Shown: positions 25,260 through 37,703 of the stretch, piece by piece
Numbering within the stretch: position 1 is the stretch's first letter
How the letters are laid out: each line of letters opens with the position of its first letter
DNA from: Malacoraja senta
Taxonomy: Eukaryota
DNA: 64,000 nt
NCBI GenBank assembly: GCA_038087875.1
Contig: CM075988.1
Span: 21,392,001 to 21,456,000, forward strand
Direction: 5' to 3'
The notes under the pieces: generated by a model
What the model saw: the letters and a program-made list of their open reading frames with translations, nothing else
Database searches by the model: none
What the model was told of the DNA's origin: nothing
Made by a program: the position numbers and the translations under genes

Positions 25260-25319
25260 AAACTGGCGTGCACAATCAAATACGATCAAATAGAACAACT
25301 TTTCCTACGCAAGAAGAAT
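25206..25319 (+). mobile_element. Tiny ribozyme-headed retroposon, copy A
   Basis: TSD ACTACTATACAAC (25193-25205, 25320-25332); (AAG)n tail; homologous to 44962-45101. Confidence 0.85.
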
Positions 25320-26262
25320 ACTACTATACAACGGCGTTCCTCTCTAACACCACCCGGGCGCGGACGTCACCCCGGAAAAGGGGCAATCATCTGGCTCGGG
25401 CAAAGCCCTCTTCTGCCTGGCGCAGTGACTCGCGGATGGCCAGCTTGGCCAGGCCTTGGAGCAACCCAACCAGGCCATCTTCGGCCCTGCCCACTCCCTG
25501 GATCCCGTCACCAGTCCTCCGGTCGCTGACAGCAGAGCCGCTCCTCCCCCTACGGCCCCTAGGTGGAGTGGCGGTGCGCCCAGGCACGGGCCCTTTGTCC
25601 CCCCCGGCCCCCCCGTCCCCCCCGCCCCCCCCGGCCCTTTCTGCCCGTTAAACCGATCCCATTTCAACTTTAGAGATAGGATTGCGATACAGTTGCCTGG
25701 GATCGCTCCTGACTGCGGGAGCTGTCTGTACGGAGTTTGTACGTTCTCCCCGTAACCGCGTGTGTTTTCTCCGGTTTATACGGTTTCCGCACTCTAAAGA
25801 CGTGCGGGTTTGTAGTAAATTGTCCCTCGTGTGTGGGATAAAACCAGTGAACGGGTGATTTTTGTCAGCGTGGACTTGCTGGGCAGAAAGGCCTGTTTCC
25901 ACGCTGTATATCTAAATTTTTTTTTAAACAAATCTGCAATTTTCTGAAATGCTGGAGGTTGTGGGGAGACCTAACAGAAGTGTGTAAAGTTATGAGAGTC
26001 ACAGATAGGGTGTTCAGACAGATTATTTATCCCAGGATGGAAAAATCAAATACTAGATGGCATAGGTTTAAGGTGAGAGGGGCACAGTTTAAAAGGTATA
26101 TGCAGGGGCATCTTTATACAAAGGGTGGTGGGTGCCTGCAACATGCTCCCAGGGGTGGTGGGTGAGGCAGATATGATAGTGGTGTTTAAGGGTCTTTTGG
26201 ATAGGCACGTGGATATTCGGGGAATAGAGGAATTATTGATTTTGTGTAGGCAGATGAGTTGG

Positions 26263-26722
26263 ACAATAGACAATAGACAATAGGTGCAGGAGCAGGCCAT
26301 TTGGCCCTTCGAGCCAGCACTGCCATTCAATGTGATCATGGCTGATCATCCCCAATCAGTACCCCGCTCCTGCCTTCTCCCATATCCCCTGACTTCGCTA
26401 TTTTTAAGAGCCCTATCTAGCTCTCTCTTGAAAGCATCCAGAGAACCTGCCTCCACCACCCTCTGAGGCAGAGAATTCCACAGACTCACCACTCTCTGTG
26501 AGAAAAAGTGTTTCCTCATCTTCGTTCTAAATGGCCTACTCCTTATTCTTAAACTGTGGCCCCTGGTTCTGGACTCCCACAACATCGGGAACATGTTCCT
26601 GCCTCTAGTGTGTCCAAACAATCTTATATGTTTCAATGAGATGCCCTCTCATCCTTCTAAACTCCAGAGTGTACAAGCCCAGCTGCTCCATTCTCTCAGC
26701 ATATGACAGTCCCGCCATCCCG
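26263..26722 (-). mobile_element. CR1 3' fragment (subfamily B)
   Basis: RFTQLIPGMAGLSYAERMEQLGLYTLEFRRMRG..; (ACAATAG)n tail on the plus strand. Confidence 0.85.
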
Positions 26723-26999
26723 GGAATTAACTGTGTAAACCTAGGTCTTGGCATCATGCTCGGCACGGACATTGTGGGCCGAGTGGCCTGCTCCTGTGCT
26801 GTACTGTTCTTTGTTCTATGTTCTATTTCAAGATGTTTCAACTTGCTGGTCCAATGGAGAAAGAAGGTCGGAAAAGATTTGCCTTTGTTTGTGTTTCAAT
26901 ATAACTCTGCCCTGAGCGTGCACTATTGATAACATCCCGTTGGCTTCTTGTGAGCAAGGACTTAGAACTCTGGTGAAGGAACGTCAAGGTTCAGTTTTG

Positions 27000-27280
27000 C
27001 TCCGTTTAGAGATACGCCGCAGAAACAGGCCCTTAAGCCCACCGAGTCCACGCCGACCAGCGATCCCCGCACACTAGCAATATCCTACTCACACGGGGGA
27101 CAATTTACAATTTTACCAAAACCACTTAACCTACAAACCTGCACGTCTTTGGAGTGTGGGAGGAAAACCGGAGCACCCGGGGAAAACCCACGCAGGTCAC
27201 CGGAGAGCGTACAAACTCCATACAGACAGCTCCCGTAGTCAGGATCGAACCTGGGTCTATGGTGCCACCGTGCCGCCCAA
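27000..27280 (-). mobile_element. HE1-like V-SINE
   Basis: Reverse-complement V-domain and head. Confidence 0.75.
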
Positions 27281-28447
27281 TGTGACCCCGGCTGACACCA
27301 GATAATGAGGATGTGGTCTCGTGGGAAGTATGTGTTAGTCATAGAGTAATTCATAGTGTCTCCTCGGGTTAAGCAGAACCAGTGCAAAGCATTTGATAAT
27401 TGCTTTGAAGCAATTTTCACCAATGTTTCACAATTAACATGGTTCAAGCCTGGAAAAATATCCCTCTCACTTTGGATACTGCTAACGCGTTGTGATTTTT
27501 AAGTTGTGAAGTTGCTTTCATGCGAATGTGTGAAAACTGCTCCCTCACAATCATGAGATGGATCAGTTGAATCAAAGTGCAGAGTTTTTTAGTTGTTAAT
27601 ACTCTGTGGCGACAGGACAACTGATGTTCATATGTCAAGAGTCAAGAGTCTTTCATTGTCATTTGTCCCAAACTGAACAATGACACTCTTACTTGTAGAA
27701 ATACGTACATACACACAAGTAAAAACAAACAAACAATAATGGTGGGAAAAGACAAAAACAAATGGTCTCGACCCGAAACGTCACCCATTCCTTCTCTCCA
27801 GAGATGCTACCTGTCCCGCTGAGTTACTCCAGCATTTTGTGTCTATCCCCCAAGTCTATGTAGTTCAGAGCTTATTTGGAGGTTGTAGTGTTTTAATAGC
27901 CTGATGGCTGTACACCGGCATAACCAAGGCCGAGTCCCATCCCGATCACTCCCTCTTCTCCCTCTCCCATCGGGTTGAAGTGTGAACACGCACACCTCCA
28001 GATTCAAGGACAGTTTATTCCCAGCTGTTATCAGGCAACTGAGCCATCCTACTAACAACTAGAGAGTGGTCCTGAGCAACATTGGAGACCCTCAGACTTT
28101 CTTTGACCGGACTTTCCTGGACTTTATCTTGCACTAAAGTTTATTTCACGTTGTTCTCTTAATCATGTATCTGTACACTGTGGACGGCTCGATTGTAATC
28201 ATGCATTGTCCTTCCCCTGACTGGTTCGCACGCAACAAAACCTTTTCACTGGACCTCGGTACATGTGACAATAAACTAAACTCAACTCAACTCCAGTTTT
28301 CAGGCTCCTCTATCTCCTTCACTATGGCAGGAGTGAAAATGTACTGTCTGCGTGGCCATGGTGGTGTGGGTCTCTGACAATGCCGGCTGCATTTTTACAG
28401 AGATCTTGGAATATTGTGGTGATATATGGGGCGATGGAAGAACCGTA

Positions 28448-29687
28448 GTAACTAGTAGAGTGGATAGGGGAGAACCAGTGGATGTGTTGTATCTGGACTT
28501 TCAGAAGGCTTTCGACAAGGTACCACATAAGAGATTATAATACAACTTAAATCACACGGTATTGGGGGTTCAGTATTGATGTGGATAGAGAACTGGCTGG
28601 CAAACAGGAAGCAAAGAGTAGGAGTAAACGGTCCTTTTCACAATGGCAGGCAGTGACTAGTGGGTACCACACGGCTCAGTGCTGGGACCCCAGCTATTTA
28701 CAATTTATATTTAATGATCTGGACGAGGGAGTTGAAAGCAACATCTCCAAGTTTGCGGATGACACTAAGCTGGGGGGCAGTGTAGCTGTGAGGAGGATGC
28801 TAGGAGACTGCAAGGTGACTTGGATAGGCTGGGTGAGTGGGCAAATGTGTGTCAGATGCAGTATAATGTGGATAAATGTGAGGTTATCCACTTTGGTGGC
28901 AAGAACGGGAAGGCAGACTATTATCTAATGGTGGCCGATTAGGAAATGGGGAGATGCAGCGAGACCTGGGTGTCATGGTACACCAGTCATTGAAAGTAGG
29001 CAAGCAGGTGCAGCAGGCAGTGAAGAAAGCGAATGGTATGTTGGCCTTCATAGCAAGAGGATTTGAGTATAGGAGCAGGGAGGTTCTACTGCAGTTGTAC
29101 AGGGTCTTGGTGAGACCACACCTGGAGTATTGCGTACAGTTTTGGTCTCCAAATCTGAGGAAGGACATTATAGCCATAGAGGGAGTGCAGAGAAGGTTCA
29201 CCAGACTGATTCCTGGGATGTCAGGACTTTCATATGAAGAAAGACTGGATAGACTTGCTTATACTCGCTAGAATTTAGGAGATTGAGAGGGGATCTTATA
29301 GAAACATACAAAATTCTTATGGGGTTGGACAGGCTAGATGCAGGAAGATTGTTCCCGATGTTGGGGAAGTCCAGGACAAGGGGTCACAGCTTAAGGATAA
29401 GGAGGAAATCCTTTAAGACCGAGATGAGGAAAAACTTTTTCACACAGAGAGTGGTGAATCTCTGGAACTCTCTGCCACAGAGGGTAGTTGAGGCCAGTTC
29501 ACTGGCTATATTTAAGAGGGAGTTAGATGTGGCCCTTGTGGCTAAGGGGATCAGGGGGTATGGAGAGAAGGCCGGTACGGGATACTGAGTTGGATGATCA
29601 GCCATGATCATATTGAATGGCGGTGCAGGCTCGAAGGCCGAATGGCCTACTCCTGCACCTATTTTCTATGTATCTATGTATCTATGT
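28448..29687 (+). pseudogene. 5'-truncated CR1 (subfamily A) RT C-terminal half with frameshifts
   Basis: Near-identical to 5189-6433; LDFQKAFDKV and FADD are present; several 1-bp deletions. Confidence 0.9.
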
Positions 29688-30479
29688 GCCAATGAAGGAT
29701 AAGTTCTGGGAGCAGAGTTAGGCCATTCGGCCCATCAAATCCACTCTGCCATTCAATCATGGCTGTTCCGTGCTGTTGAGCCCGACGACTCATCAATGGA
29801 GCATTTTTCACAGTGCAGGAAGTAGGCATTGTATCTATGAGCGTAATAATATACAGAATAACGGAGTCCAAGTTGTTAGATCTTCCAACCTGGTACCTTG
29901 CACTCAAAGAATATTTAATAAATAATAATATTTTTGGTATTAACCAGCACCTGCAGATCTATTTCATGAAATAGACTTTTGTCTTCCCATGAGGCACCTT
30001 GGTGAGTGCAATGTTTTTGTCGTACGAATCATAGTCAGGTCTTGTTTGGGCTTTGAGGGATGAAATATGCTTTAGCCTTGGGGGGGGGGTGGGGGGGGGG
30101 GAGATGGGGATAAGTTACTATAATGCTAAGGTGTGAAATATGAGGACAGTCCGCATTGCTTGGAGAATAAGACGGAGCAGCTGTCCCAGAAAATCTCCTT
30201 TAAAATGATTTTACAGGATTGAAACCATTCCTGCAGATAAGGAACCCAGGAGAACCGAACATTAGGTTATAATTAGAGCCGGGTCGTTTATGACTGAAGA
30301 TAGGAAATGCATAATGACCAGGAGTAGGGGAGAATATATCATGATTATGAATGTGACAAATGTGACATTTATGATCAGAATGTTTTCCTACTGAAGACTG
30401 ATATCGCAAACTACCAAGGTGAACCGTGCAGTTTGATGCACGATTGTGCACATGTAAACTGAATTACCATCAGTGATAA

Positions 30480-31132
30480 AAGGGCCTGTCCCACTTAGGC
30501 AATTTTTTCAGCGACTGCAGGCGACTGTCACAGTCGTAGCAGGTCACCGAAAAAGCGACTACTGGACCCCCTCCCCCCCACGACAATGTCTATGAACCTA
30601 CCACCTAGTCGACGTCAAGCTACAGCAAGGTACCGACAACCGCCGACCCAATCGTCGCGACTTAGGATGTCCGCCTACGGCCACACCTACCACCACACAG
30701 GCGACAACCTACAACAACTGAAGTCAACCTACGTCCACCCGTGACAAGCTACGACAAGCAACCATCCTGTCGGCGACAACTGAAGACAATTCAGTCGCCG
30801 GTACCTGTCGCCGGTTGCCGTAGGTTGCCGTAGGTGGTCGCCAATGGAATTCACCGAAGTCGGCACCCGGCGACAACCAACGTCACCTGGCGTCGTCCTG
30901 GCGACAACCTACAACAGCATCCACGACAGGAGAGGACAGGCAACGTCAAGCCCACAGTCGCCGAGAGGTTTTGAACATTTCCAAATCCAGCGGCGACAAG
31001 AAAAAAGTTAAGACACTCGAGGAGACAACTCCCGACAATACAGGTGTCACCTGGCGTCACCCCGCGACCATGTGGAGCACAGCCTATTTTCCGGCAGTCG
31101 CCGAAAAAATCACCTAAGTGGGACAGGCCCTT
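30480..31132. mobile_element. PIF/Harbinger-like MITE, family 2 (long form)
   Basis: TIRs AAGGGCCTGTCCCACTTAGG / CCTAAGTGGGACAGGCCCTT; internal GACAACCTAC-like subrepeats; reverse homology to the 12256 element. Confidence 0.8.
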
Positions 31133-31364
31133 TAGGAAAGGAATAATATGGAGCTGGTGGGCACAAACAACGACTGAGCAAGAGGTGCAAGCAATTTGAT
31201 ATTAATCTCAATGCAAATGATGAGAGATACCGAAGGATAATTATCCAATTACAGACAACTAAAATCAATGCCTTTCTTCGATGAGTTCCACACCGTTTGC
31301 AATAAATCTGGAGGATCCATAGCAAGTCACTTACAATTCATAACACAATGTAGGTAACATGTTT

Positions 31365-31665
31365 TTAGTCTAGTTTAGGTTACTTTAGAGATACAGCGCC
31401 CACCGAGTCCGTGCCAACCAGCGATCCCCGCACACTAACACCATCCTACACACACCAGGGACAATTTACACTTATACCAAGCCAATGAAACTACAAATCT
31501 GCATGGCTTTTGGAGTGTGGGAGGAAACCGAAGATCTCGGAGAAACCCACACAGGTCGCGGGAGAAGTTACGAACTCCGTACAGACAGTACCCGTAGTCA
31601 GGATCGGACCCGGGTATCTGGCGCTGTGAGGCAGCAACTCTGCCGCTGCGCCACCGTGCTGCCCC
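31365..31665 (-). mobile_element. HE1-like V-SINE
   Basis: Reverse-complement head, V-domain and tail. Confidence 0.78.
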
Positions 31666-31959
31666 ATGCTGTTGGCATTCTGAGCTCGTCCCATTTGCCT
31701 GCCTGCAGCCCATATCCATCCAAACCTGTCCTATTCACACAGGTATGTGTTTGCTTCAGATAGAAGAGGTTTTAGAATGAAAAACATAGAACAGTTTCAA
31801 CACCATGAGATCAATTAGTTCATATTTTGAAATCCCTTGTTTCTTCATCCTTTCCATTGACATTAAGCTCATAATCTGCTCTGTAGATCAGATAGTTGGG
31901 AGAGCGAGGTTGTGTTTTGTTTATGCCAAGTCATCTTGGAAAACAGGTTTTGAATTATA

Positions 31960-32460
31960 CATTCACCTGCATCTCCTCCAACCTCATCTATTGCATCCGC
32001 TGCTCTAGATGTCAGCTGATCTACATCGGTGAGACCAAGCGTAGGCTTGGCGATCGTTTCGCCGAACACCTCCGCTCGGTCCGCATTAACCAACCTGATC
32101 TCCCTGTGGCTCAGCACTTCAACTCCACCTCCCATTCCGAATCCAACCTTTCTGTCCTGGGCCTCCTCCATGGCCAAAGTGAGCACCACCGGAAATTTGA
32201 AGAGCAGCACCTCATATTCCGCTTGGGCAGTCTGCACCCTAGCGGCATAAACATTGAATTCTCCAATTTCCGGTAGCCTTTGCTGTCTCCTCCCCTTCTC
32301 AGCTCTCCCTCAGCCCTTGGGCTCCTGCTCTTCCTTTTTCCTTTCTTCTCCCCACCCTACATCAGCCTGAAGAAGGGTTTCGGCCCGAAACTTTGCCTGT
32401 TTCCTTCGCTCCATAGATGCTGCTGCACCCGCTGAGTTTCTCCAGCACTTTTGTCTACCT
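31960..32460 (+). mobile_element. Penelope-like element 3' end (GIY-YIG endonuclease + terminal repeat)
   Basis: FTCISSNLIYCIRCSRCQLIYIGETKRRLGDRFAEHLRS..VAQHFN..LEEQHLI-like..PSGIN. Confidence 0.88.
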
Positions 32461-33129
32461 TTTGAATTAAATGCCAGGTTTTGCATTATATGTTTCAAGT
32501 GTCGTTCGAAAGATATTTTAGCGAGCTGAGTGGTGAAGATTCTGTGCAGCAGATCTTGAGAGAGCCAATGTTTTCGTGGTTTTACAGTTTATAAATTTAG
32601 AAAATTATCGCTGGGATTTCATCTGGAAATTGGTAATTTTGTGGGAAGAAGGGAAAGGAAGAATGCTTGTGGTATTTACTGGAGAAATGACACTGTACCA
32701 ACTCAGCAAGATTTAAATATAACAAGGAACGTTTCTCAAAGCAAGTCTTCTAAGAGTATGGAAATGCTGCCTATTTGTTTTTGTGCCTGGTTTTGCATAG
32801 AGCCAGTTTCGGAACAAATAAGAAAATAAAAATCCTATTTTTCAAAACACACGTAACAACTTTTTGAAGACATTTGGATAGATTTTATGGATGGGAGGGG
32901 TTTAGAGGGCTATGAGCTAAATGCAGGCAAATGGGACAAGCCTAGTAGTTCAACTTGGTCGGCATGGACGAGGTGGGCCGAAGGGCCTGTTTTTGCTCTG
33001 TATAGCTCCATGACTGGACGCCTGTGACTAGTGGTTTGCCTCAGGGATTGGTGCTGGGCCCATCGAGGTTTGTGGTTCATTCCAAATCAATGATTTAGAT
33101 GAGAATGTAGGGCAGGATTAGTAAATTTG

Positions 33130-33675
33130 TGTAAGAAGCAGATGCTGGTTTCAACCGAAGGTAGACACAAAAAGCTGGAGTAACTCAGCGGGACAGGCAG
33201 CATCTCCGGAGAGAAGGAATGGGCGACGTTTCGGGTCGAGACCCTTCTTCAGACTGGTTAGGGATAAGGGAAATGGGAGATATAGGCGGTGAAGTGGAGA
33301 GATAAAGAACAATGAATGAAAGATATGTAAAAAAGTAATGATAATAAAGGAAAGAGACCATTGTTAGCTGTTTGTTGGGTGAAAATGAGAAGCTAGTGCG
33401 ACTTGGGTGGGGGAGGGATAGAGAGAGAGGGAATGCTGGGGCTACCTGAAGTGAGAAAATTCACTATTCATACCACTGGCTGAAAGCTGCCCAAACTAAA
33501 TATGAGGTGCTGTTCCTCCAATTTGCGTTTAGCCTCATGCTGACAATGGAGGAGACCTAGGACAGAAAGATCTGTGTAGGAATTGGAAGGAGAATTAAAG
33601 TGTCCAGCAACCGGGAGATCAGGTAGGTTCGGGGTGAGCGAAGGTGTTCCGCGAAACGATCGCCCAGACTGCGTT
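33130..33675 (-). mobile_element. Penelope-like element 3' end
   Basis: Minus-strand PDLPVAGHFNSPS..LSVLGLLHCQHEAKRKLEEQHLIFSLG; terminal repeat with a hammerhead-like core. Confidence 0.82.
33223..33254 (-). ncRNA. Hammerhead-like minimal core in the Penelope terminal repeat (activity unproven)
   Basis: Minus strand GU-CUGAAGA-A-GGGUC-UC-GACCC-GAAAC-GUC-GC; palindromic ACGU stem III; stem I only about 2 bp. Confidence 0.5.
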
Positions 33676-34138
33676 TGGTGTTTCGCCGTAAATTTGCAGA
33701 TGGCACGAAAGTGGGTGGTATTGTCGATGGCAAAGATGGTTATCAAAGACTCCAGCAGCCTCTTGATCAGCCGGGCAAGTGGGCTGAGGAATGGTTAACA
33801 GAATTTAATGCCGATAAGGTGAGGTGTTGCATTTTCGGAAAGTCAAACCAGGGCAGGACCTTCACAGTGAACGGCAGGGCTCTGGGGGGGGGGGGGGGCT
33901 TTGCAGAGTTGACAGATGCAGGTGCATTGTTCCCAATGAATTTGCCTGTTTCAAAAGATTTCATTTAATCTTTATGCGATTAGTTTGTCCATCCTCTGTA
34001 AATGCCCATTGTTTTGCTTAATGTCAGCACTGGGAGAGTCTTCTTCCATAACCCAAGATACTTATAATGCATACAAGCTAGTAAGCATTATTCGATAATC
34101 ACCAATTTGCTGCTACTCTGGGTATATCCAGTGTATAA

Positions 34139-34463
34139 GGGGCCTGTCCGACTTACGCGTTTTTTTTCCGGCGACTGCCGGCACCCGTCATAGGTCGCCG
34201 AAAATTATCAACATGTTGAAAATTCAGCGGCGACCAGAAAGAGGCTACGACTCTTTGGGTGACTAGGAGACTACTCACGCCCATACAGGCGACACCCTGG
34301 CATCATGTGACGCCTGTATGGTCATGAGTAGTCGCCCAGAGAGTCGTACCTTGTTCTGGTCGACGCTGGATTTTCAACATGTTGAATATTTTTCGGCGAC
34401 CTGGAACGACCTATGACGGGTGCCGGCAGTCGCCAAAAGAGTCGCGTAAGTGGGACAGGCCCA
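34139..34463. mobile_element. PIF/Harbinger-like MITE, family 3
   Basis: TIRs GGGCCTGTCC(G)ACTTACGCG / CGCGTAAGTGGGACAGGCCC; long subterminal inverted repeats; flanks TAA and TCA. Confidence 0.8.
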
Positions 34464-34742
34464 TCACTGTAGAAAAATTACTTTTTTCAGTCAAAAGAAA
34501 AGACTCCACATGAATGCAATCCAGCCGTCCACAGCAAACAGATACAGAACAAAGGGTACGACATTTAATGTAATGCTGGTTCTGCTCACGTTTCCGTCTG
34601 AGGTAATCGGGTAATAAATACTGTGTCTGGATTCATGTTATTTGCCGCACTTCTGACATTCAGTAATATTAACTAATGTCTTCATGCTTAAACTTCAGGG
34701 AAATCACCTTCCGTCTATGGGCTCTCGTTATTGACCATTCAA

Positions 34743-35135
34743 AGGGCGGCACGGTGGCGCAGCGATAGAGTTGCTGCCTCGCAGCGCCAGGTTCGATCCT
34801 GACTACGGGCGCTGCCTGTGCGGAGTTTGTACGTTCTCCCCGTGACCTGCGCGGGCTTTCTCCGAGATCTTCGTTTTTTACTTCCACGCTCCAAAGGCGT
34901 ACAGGTTTGTAGGTTGAAGAAGGAACTGCAGATGCTGGAAAATCGAAGGTACACGAAAATGCTGGAGAAACTCAGCGGGTGCAGCAGCATCTATGGAGGT
35001 TGATTGGCTTGGCATCAATGTAAATTGTCCCTAGTGTGTGTCGGGTAGTGTTAATGTGCGGGGATCGCTGGTCGGTGCGGACTCGGTGGGCCGAAGGGCC
35101 TGTTTAAGCTCTGTATCTCTAAACTAAACTAAAAC
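34743..35135 (+). mobile_element. HE1-like V-SINE carrying a Penelope-end insertion (34918-34996)
   Basis: Head GGGCGGCACGGTGGCGCAGCG; insertion flanked by AGGTTGA duplications (34911-34917, 34997-35003). Confidence 0.8.
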
Positions 35136-35509
35136 AAAATAAAGAGCTGGAGACAGCGGCGTTGAGGGAAAGTTCCTGCTCATTTAATATTGGAAATTCT
35201 TAGCCTGAAATCAGAGACATTTGACCTTAAGTGTCAATGTTATAGCTCTGATTGTTGAAAATCATCTGCAGCTGTTTTGTGGAGAAATCAAGGCAGTGAT
35301 GTTTGTTATTTTTGCTTCCCACTATTGAGAGCATTGAAGCCTGTCTGCTGGTGCTGGAATTCACAATGGATAACAGTGCAAGAACAAGCTGCAAATGCAA
35401 TCACCAGCAATGAAACTCATTGCTATCAGCTGATCCTCAAGGGTCTATAATGAAGGAGTATCATCGGGAAGTGATTGGCAATGGAACCGATCGATAGAGA
35501 AGAAAAGTA

Positions 35510-35908
35510 AGATAGACGCAAAATGCTGGAGTAACTCAGCAGGACAGGCAGCATCTCTGGAGAGAAGGAATGGGTGACGTTTCGGGTCGAGACTCTTCAT
35601 CAGACTACACTCTACACCTCCATCCCCCACCAGGAACAACTTAAAACCCTCCGTTTCTTTCTCGACTGCAGGACCAGACAATTTTCCTCTACCAATTTCT
35701 CCTCCGCCTCGCAGAGCTGGTCCTTATTCTTAACAACTTCTCCTTCGACTCCTCCCACTTCCTCCAAATCTGAAGAAGTCTGAAGAAGTGTCTTGACCTG
35801 AAACGTCGCCCATTCCTTCTCTCCAGAGATGCTGCCTGTCCCGTTGAGTTACTCCAGCATTCTGTGTCTATCTTCGGTTAAACCAGCATCTGCAGTTCCT
35901 TCCCACAC
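35510..35908. mobile_element. Internally deleted Penelope-like element with inverted termini
   Basis: Inverted terminal repeats enclose an RT remnant LYTSIPHQE..LRFFLD..LRLAELVLILNNFSFDSSHFLQI. Confidence 0.75.
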
Positions 35909-36779
35909 ATGAAGAAAAGTGATTATATTTACTTGATTTTTTTTTTAGTCACAGCCTCCACAGATGCTGCCCGACGTATTGAGTTTAGTTTTGCTTGGTT
36001 GAGAGATACAGTGTGGAAACGGGCCCTTTGGCCCACCGAGTCTGCGCCGACCAGCGATCACCCCGTACACTAGCACTATCTTCCGCACTGGGGACAGTTT
36101 ACAATTTACAGAGGCCAATCAACCTACAAAGCAGGACGTCTTTGGGATGTGGGAGGAAACCGGAGCACCTGAAGAAAACCCACGCGGTCACAGGGAGAAT
36201 GTACATACTCCATACAGACAGCGCCCCTAGTCAGGATGGAACCCGGGCCTCTGGCGCTGTGAGGCAGCAGCTCTACCGCTGCACAACCGTCCCCTCCTGT
36301 GTGGATATTGGATAGAAATGGGGATATAACTGGTTTGCAAACTTTGAAAGACCTTCTGCAGATCTGATCACCCTAATCACCTCTTTTTTGCTGTATTCTT
36401 ATTTGTCGGCTGAAAGCTAAATGTAGTCACAAGGCGCGTAGATTTGTCAGCACTGAGCTGCTATGGACATTGTGTAAGTTCTGAAGACCCGAAACGTCAC
36501 CCATTACTTCTCCCCAGAGAAGCTGCCTGTCCCGCTGAGTTACTCCAGCATTTTGTGTCTGCCTTGTATAAGGTTGCACTATGTAGTTTGGCCTGCACTA
36601 TTATGGTCATGTCTACTGAGTATAGCTCTTAATTTACTGTATATTTATTTGTTGAGAGGTTGTGTTTAATGTGCCTTTAAATCTGTAGCAAGTAGGAATT
36701 TCATTGATCTGTTCCGTGCGTGTAATAGACTCTCTTGCCTCTTGTGACTCTTGTGTTTTCTTTTATTTAAGTAGCTCAG

Positions 36780-37703
36780 TTTAGTTTGGTTTAGAGATAC
36801 AGCGTGGAAACATGCCCTTCCACCCATCGAGTCCACGCCGAATAAAGATCACCCCGTACACTTGTTCTATCCTACACATTAGGGACAATTTACCAAGCCA
36901 ATTAACCTACATACTGGGCTTGGACACGCTAGAGGCAGGAAACATGTTCCCGATGTTGGGGGAGTCCAGAACCAGGGGCCACAGTTTAAGAATAAGGAGT
37001 AAGCCATTTAGAACAGAGACGAGGAAACACCTTTTCTCACAGTGAGTGGTGAGTCTGTGGAATTCTCTACCTCAGAGGCAGGTTCTCTGGCTGCTTTCAA
37101 GAGAGAGCTAGATAGGGCTCTTAAAAATAGCGGAGTCAGGGGATGTGGGGAGAAGGCAGGAATGGGGTACTGATTGGGGATGATCAGCCATGATCACATT
37201 GAATGGCTCGAAGGGCCGAATGGCCTACTCCTGCACCTATTGTCTATTGTCTACATACCTGTTTAAGAAAGAACTGCAGATGCTGGGAAATTCGAAGGTA
37301 GACAAAAATGCTGGAGAAACTCAGCGGGTGAGGCAGCATCTATGGAGGGGAGGAATAGGTGATGTTTCGGGTCGAGACCCTTCTTCAGACTGATGCCCAC
37401 CCCACACAACACCCACGCCCCCCCCCCTTCCCTCCGTCATCAGTCTGTAGAAGGGTCTCGACCCAAAACGTCACCTATTCCTTCTCTCCATAGATGCTGC
37501 CTCACCCGCTGAATTTCTCCAGCATTTTTGACAACCTACATACCAGCACGTCTTTGGAGTGCGGGAGGAAACCGCAGGACACGGAGAAAATCCATGCGGT
37601 CACAGGGAGAACGTACAAACTCCACACACACACATGGCACCCGTGGTCAGGATCGAACCCGGGTCTCTAGTGCTGTAAGGCAGCAACTCTACCGCTGCGC
37701 CAC
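36780..37703 (-). mobile_element. HE1-like V-SINE containing a CR1 fragment (36915-37250) and a Penelope fold-back (37261-37535)
   Basis: CTACATAC occurs three times (36907, 37251, 37536), bracketing the two insertions. Confidence 0.8.

Larger units (their letters stand above)
25045..25530 (-). mobile_element. Tx1/L1-type LINE 3' end
   Basis: Minus-strand GRAEDGLVGLLQGLAKLAIRESLRQAEEG..LPLFRGDVRARVVLER resembles a Tx1 ORF2 C-terminus; A-rich tail at about 25045-25056. Confidence 0.55.
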
